From Geosiphon pyriformis uo1 (lineage: Eukaryota; Fungi; Glomeromycota), in NCBI GenBank assembly GCA_016748015.1, contig JAAOMT010000007.1:1-64000 (forward strand): DNA of 64,000 bases, in the 5' to 3' direction. The position numbers and the translations under genes are program-made. Positions 61,710-64,000 of the stretch are shown piece after piece (position 1 is the first letter of the stretch; each line of letters starts with the position of its first letter). Below the pieces are notes generated by a model. It saw nothing but the letters and a program-made list of their open reading frames with translations, did no database searches and was not told where the DNA came from.

Positions 61710-63788
61710 TTTTTTATGTAATATGATGTTAATCTAGTGTGTAATTGGTGTTTAAACAGAATTAAAAAATTTGAACCATGTAATATTATACAACAAAATT
61801 GTATTACAATAAAAATAGCATTTTTATTTCAGGTACATATCTATTCTTTAAATCTCTTTGGTTCCAATTTAAACTTTAATTTCTGTTTTGTAGTTTTGAA
61901 TAAAAAGCAATCAAATAAAGCTTCTTTGGTATTCATCAAAAAAAAATTTTTATTGGGATTGAGGAGATTATTTGAGCCGAAAATTCAGATAATATCAATA
62001 AAAATAGTTATTACAAAAATCTTTCCAACTTATGACAAGGAACTTGGGCAAAAAAGTCTAATATTGACAATTAAACAATCAATTCAAAAGAAACATAATT
62101 TTCAAATTGAAGCTGATCTTTTAGAGCTAATAAAAGATTTATTGCAAATAATTGTTGATCAAAAAAATAGTAGATAAGGATATTTGAAATAGATTTCAAT
62201 TTTAGTATTACAGCTTAATTATAATCTTTTATTTTCATATTCAGTAGTCAACAATATGCCAAATTATTTATAGATTTACTATTCAAAGAAAAATATCTAG
62301 AATATTATGATGTGATTAAAGAGCCAAAATCTTTAAACATGATTAAGATTAGTACTATATACTTCTTTCTTATTGGTTGTTTAATACTTGACATATGTTT
62401 TTTACATCACATCAGTAGAAAATTCGAAAAAAATATTATCTATTTATGAATTCAATTAGAACTTGCAATTGATTTTAAAAATGGCATGTATTTTAATAAT
62501 AATTCACATATTTTCAAAAATGCCAAATTCTTATAAATAAGAAATTTATTAGGCCTTTACAAAAAAATCTGGGTTTTATCTATTTGAACTAATATATTTC
62601 ATATATTTTTTGCATTAAAACAAACTCATTAGAAAATGTACAACATTAACCAAAAAAGCTATTTAAGATTATAGACTTTAAGACAACTTTAGTTCTTTCA
62701 ATCAAAGTAAAGCCAAAAATTTTTCAATTCCAACCTAATTTTTCTAAATTAACACCAATTAATATAAGTTTTTTGATTATTATGATAAGCTATTATATAT
62801 TATATTCTAATAAGTTGTTAAAATATTCAACAATCAAAATTTTTTTTACAGTTTAAGAAACCAATTCTAAAACTAGATCATGATTTAGTCAAATACATAA
62901 TAAGTATTTTAGTTATTATATTTTTTTTTGGTATAATTTATCATTCAAATATTAAATTTAACCAGAAATTTTTATTACAGAAGATTTTATATATCTCTTA
63001 AATCTAAGCAAATTTTTGAAATACAATATTATAGTCATTAAAAAGTTATTTGTGAATTCAAAGTAAGTATTTACATTATAATAATACAAGATTATAAATA
63101 GAGTACAAATAACATTCTCAAATTTTTTGACAATTATTCATAATACTTTTACAATTTCTTTGACATCTGGTGTAAACAATATTAATATCTGAATTTTTGT
63201 TCTGATAATGACAACCAAATATAATGGTAGTGTAAATAAAATATTCATGGTTAATAGTGTCTTGTTACTAGCAGAAGACATATAGGCCAAAAGATATTAT
63301 ATTTTTATAAAAAAGTGATCATTTAAAAATTAGATTAATATTAATTGAAAGTTTTTCTGAAAATGATAATACTTTAATGATTTATTACATGGTAATGTGA
63401 CTTTAATGATTGCTAAAATCTGATTGATCGGCATCTAAAAATTAAAGATTAATAATAAAAGTGGCTAATTTTAAACTTTAATAACTTTATAAATTATAAT
63501 ATAATTCAAAAAATTAAACATAATCTATCATATTTATGGTTTAGTTTTTTAATATTATTAAAATTGGAAGACTAGATACAATTTAAAATTATATAAATTG
63601 TTTGATGACTATAAATAGTTTGCACTATAAGAATTATAATTTTAGGATAAATAAGAAAATTTGCAATTATAACCTATTATTATGATTTATGATCAGTTGT
63701 TTTGAATTTTTTGTTCCTTAACTAAAGTCTTTGACATTCAATAGTTCATATTATTTTGACTAAAGTCTTTTTCTCTATTTTTCTACAG

Positions 63789-64000
63789 ATCTGTGAGATG
63801 TTATCTGGCTTTAAAAGACATTTTTTGTCATTAGACACTCTCATAAAAGACAGTATAACTGTTAAGTATTCAGAAGAATGATGGTCAGAACTGTAGTTAA
63901 CCTGTATCCTAGCAATGTAGCTCACACTTGGCTGTTAAGAGTTGTATTGTAAGCACACACAATCTGTGAGATGTCGTCTGGCTTCAGAAGTTACTTCTTG
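63789..64000. repeat. Direct repeat of at least 39 bp at 63789 and 63962 (173-bp spacing)
   Basis: atctgtgagatgttatctggctt vs atctgtgagatgtcgtctggctt; similarity continues to the window end. Confidence 0.6.

Noticed and set aside
61737-63400. ORF 61737-62177 and adjacent semi-open frames as a host gene
   Set aside because: No ATG start, recognisable motif or convincing splice structure; probably another decayed repeat, left unassigned.

Overview
Very AT-rich eukaryotic DNA with almost no CpG, made almost entirely of dead, nested transposable elements. I found no intact host gene, RNA gene or CRISPR array. The element types suggest a Glomeromycotina fungus; the translations resemble my recollection of Geosiphon pyriformis repeat-derived proteins, which I could not verify. 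Left nest: two, possibly three, minus-strand LINE-like elements carry only ORF1 yet share the 3' UTR of a full LINE (1-3903). The last is interrupted by Ty3/gypsy element A1 (3904-19741), which holds a solo LTR (5398-6253) and gypsy element B1 (10505-18310). Central nest: gypsy element C (about 20187-58794) holds B2 (21703-30190, with a family-A solo LTR) and D (34199-58257). D holds an RNase H-bearing LINE (38484-53710), which holds the best-preserved element, A2 (40295-50046). The right end has hAT-like and Tc1/mariner-like transposase relics. Most notable: the ORF1-only 'half-LINE' family, and a gypsy lineage with 4-bp TSDs, a shared tRNA primer, a Cys-rich domain plus dUTPase in Pol, and an unexplained ~220-aa ORF in the env position. 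There is also an HSE-like array in the family-A LTR and pervasive C>T/G>A hypermutation outside CpG. All coordinates and alignments were done by eye.
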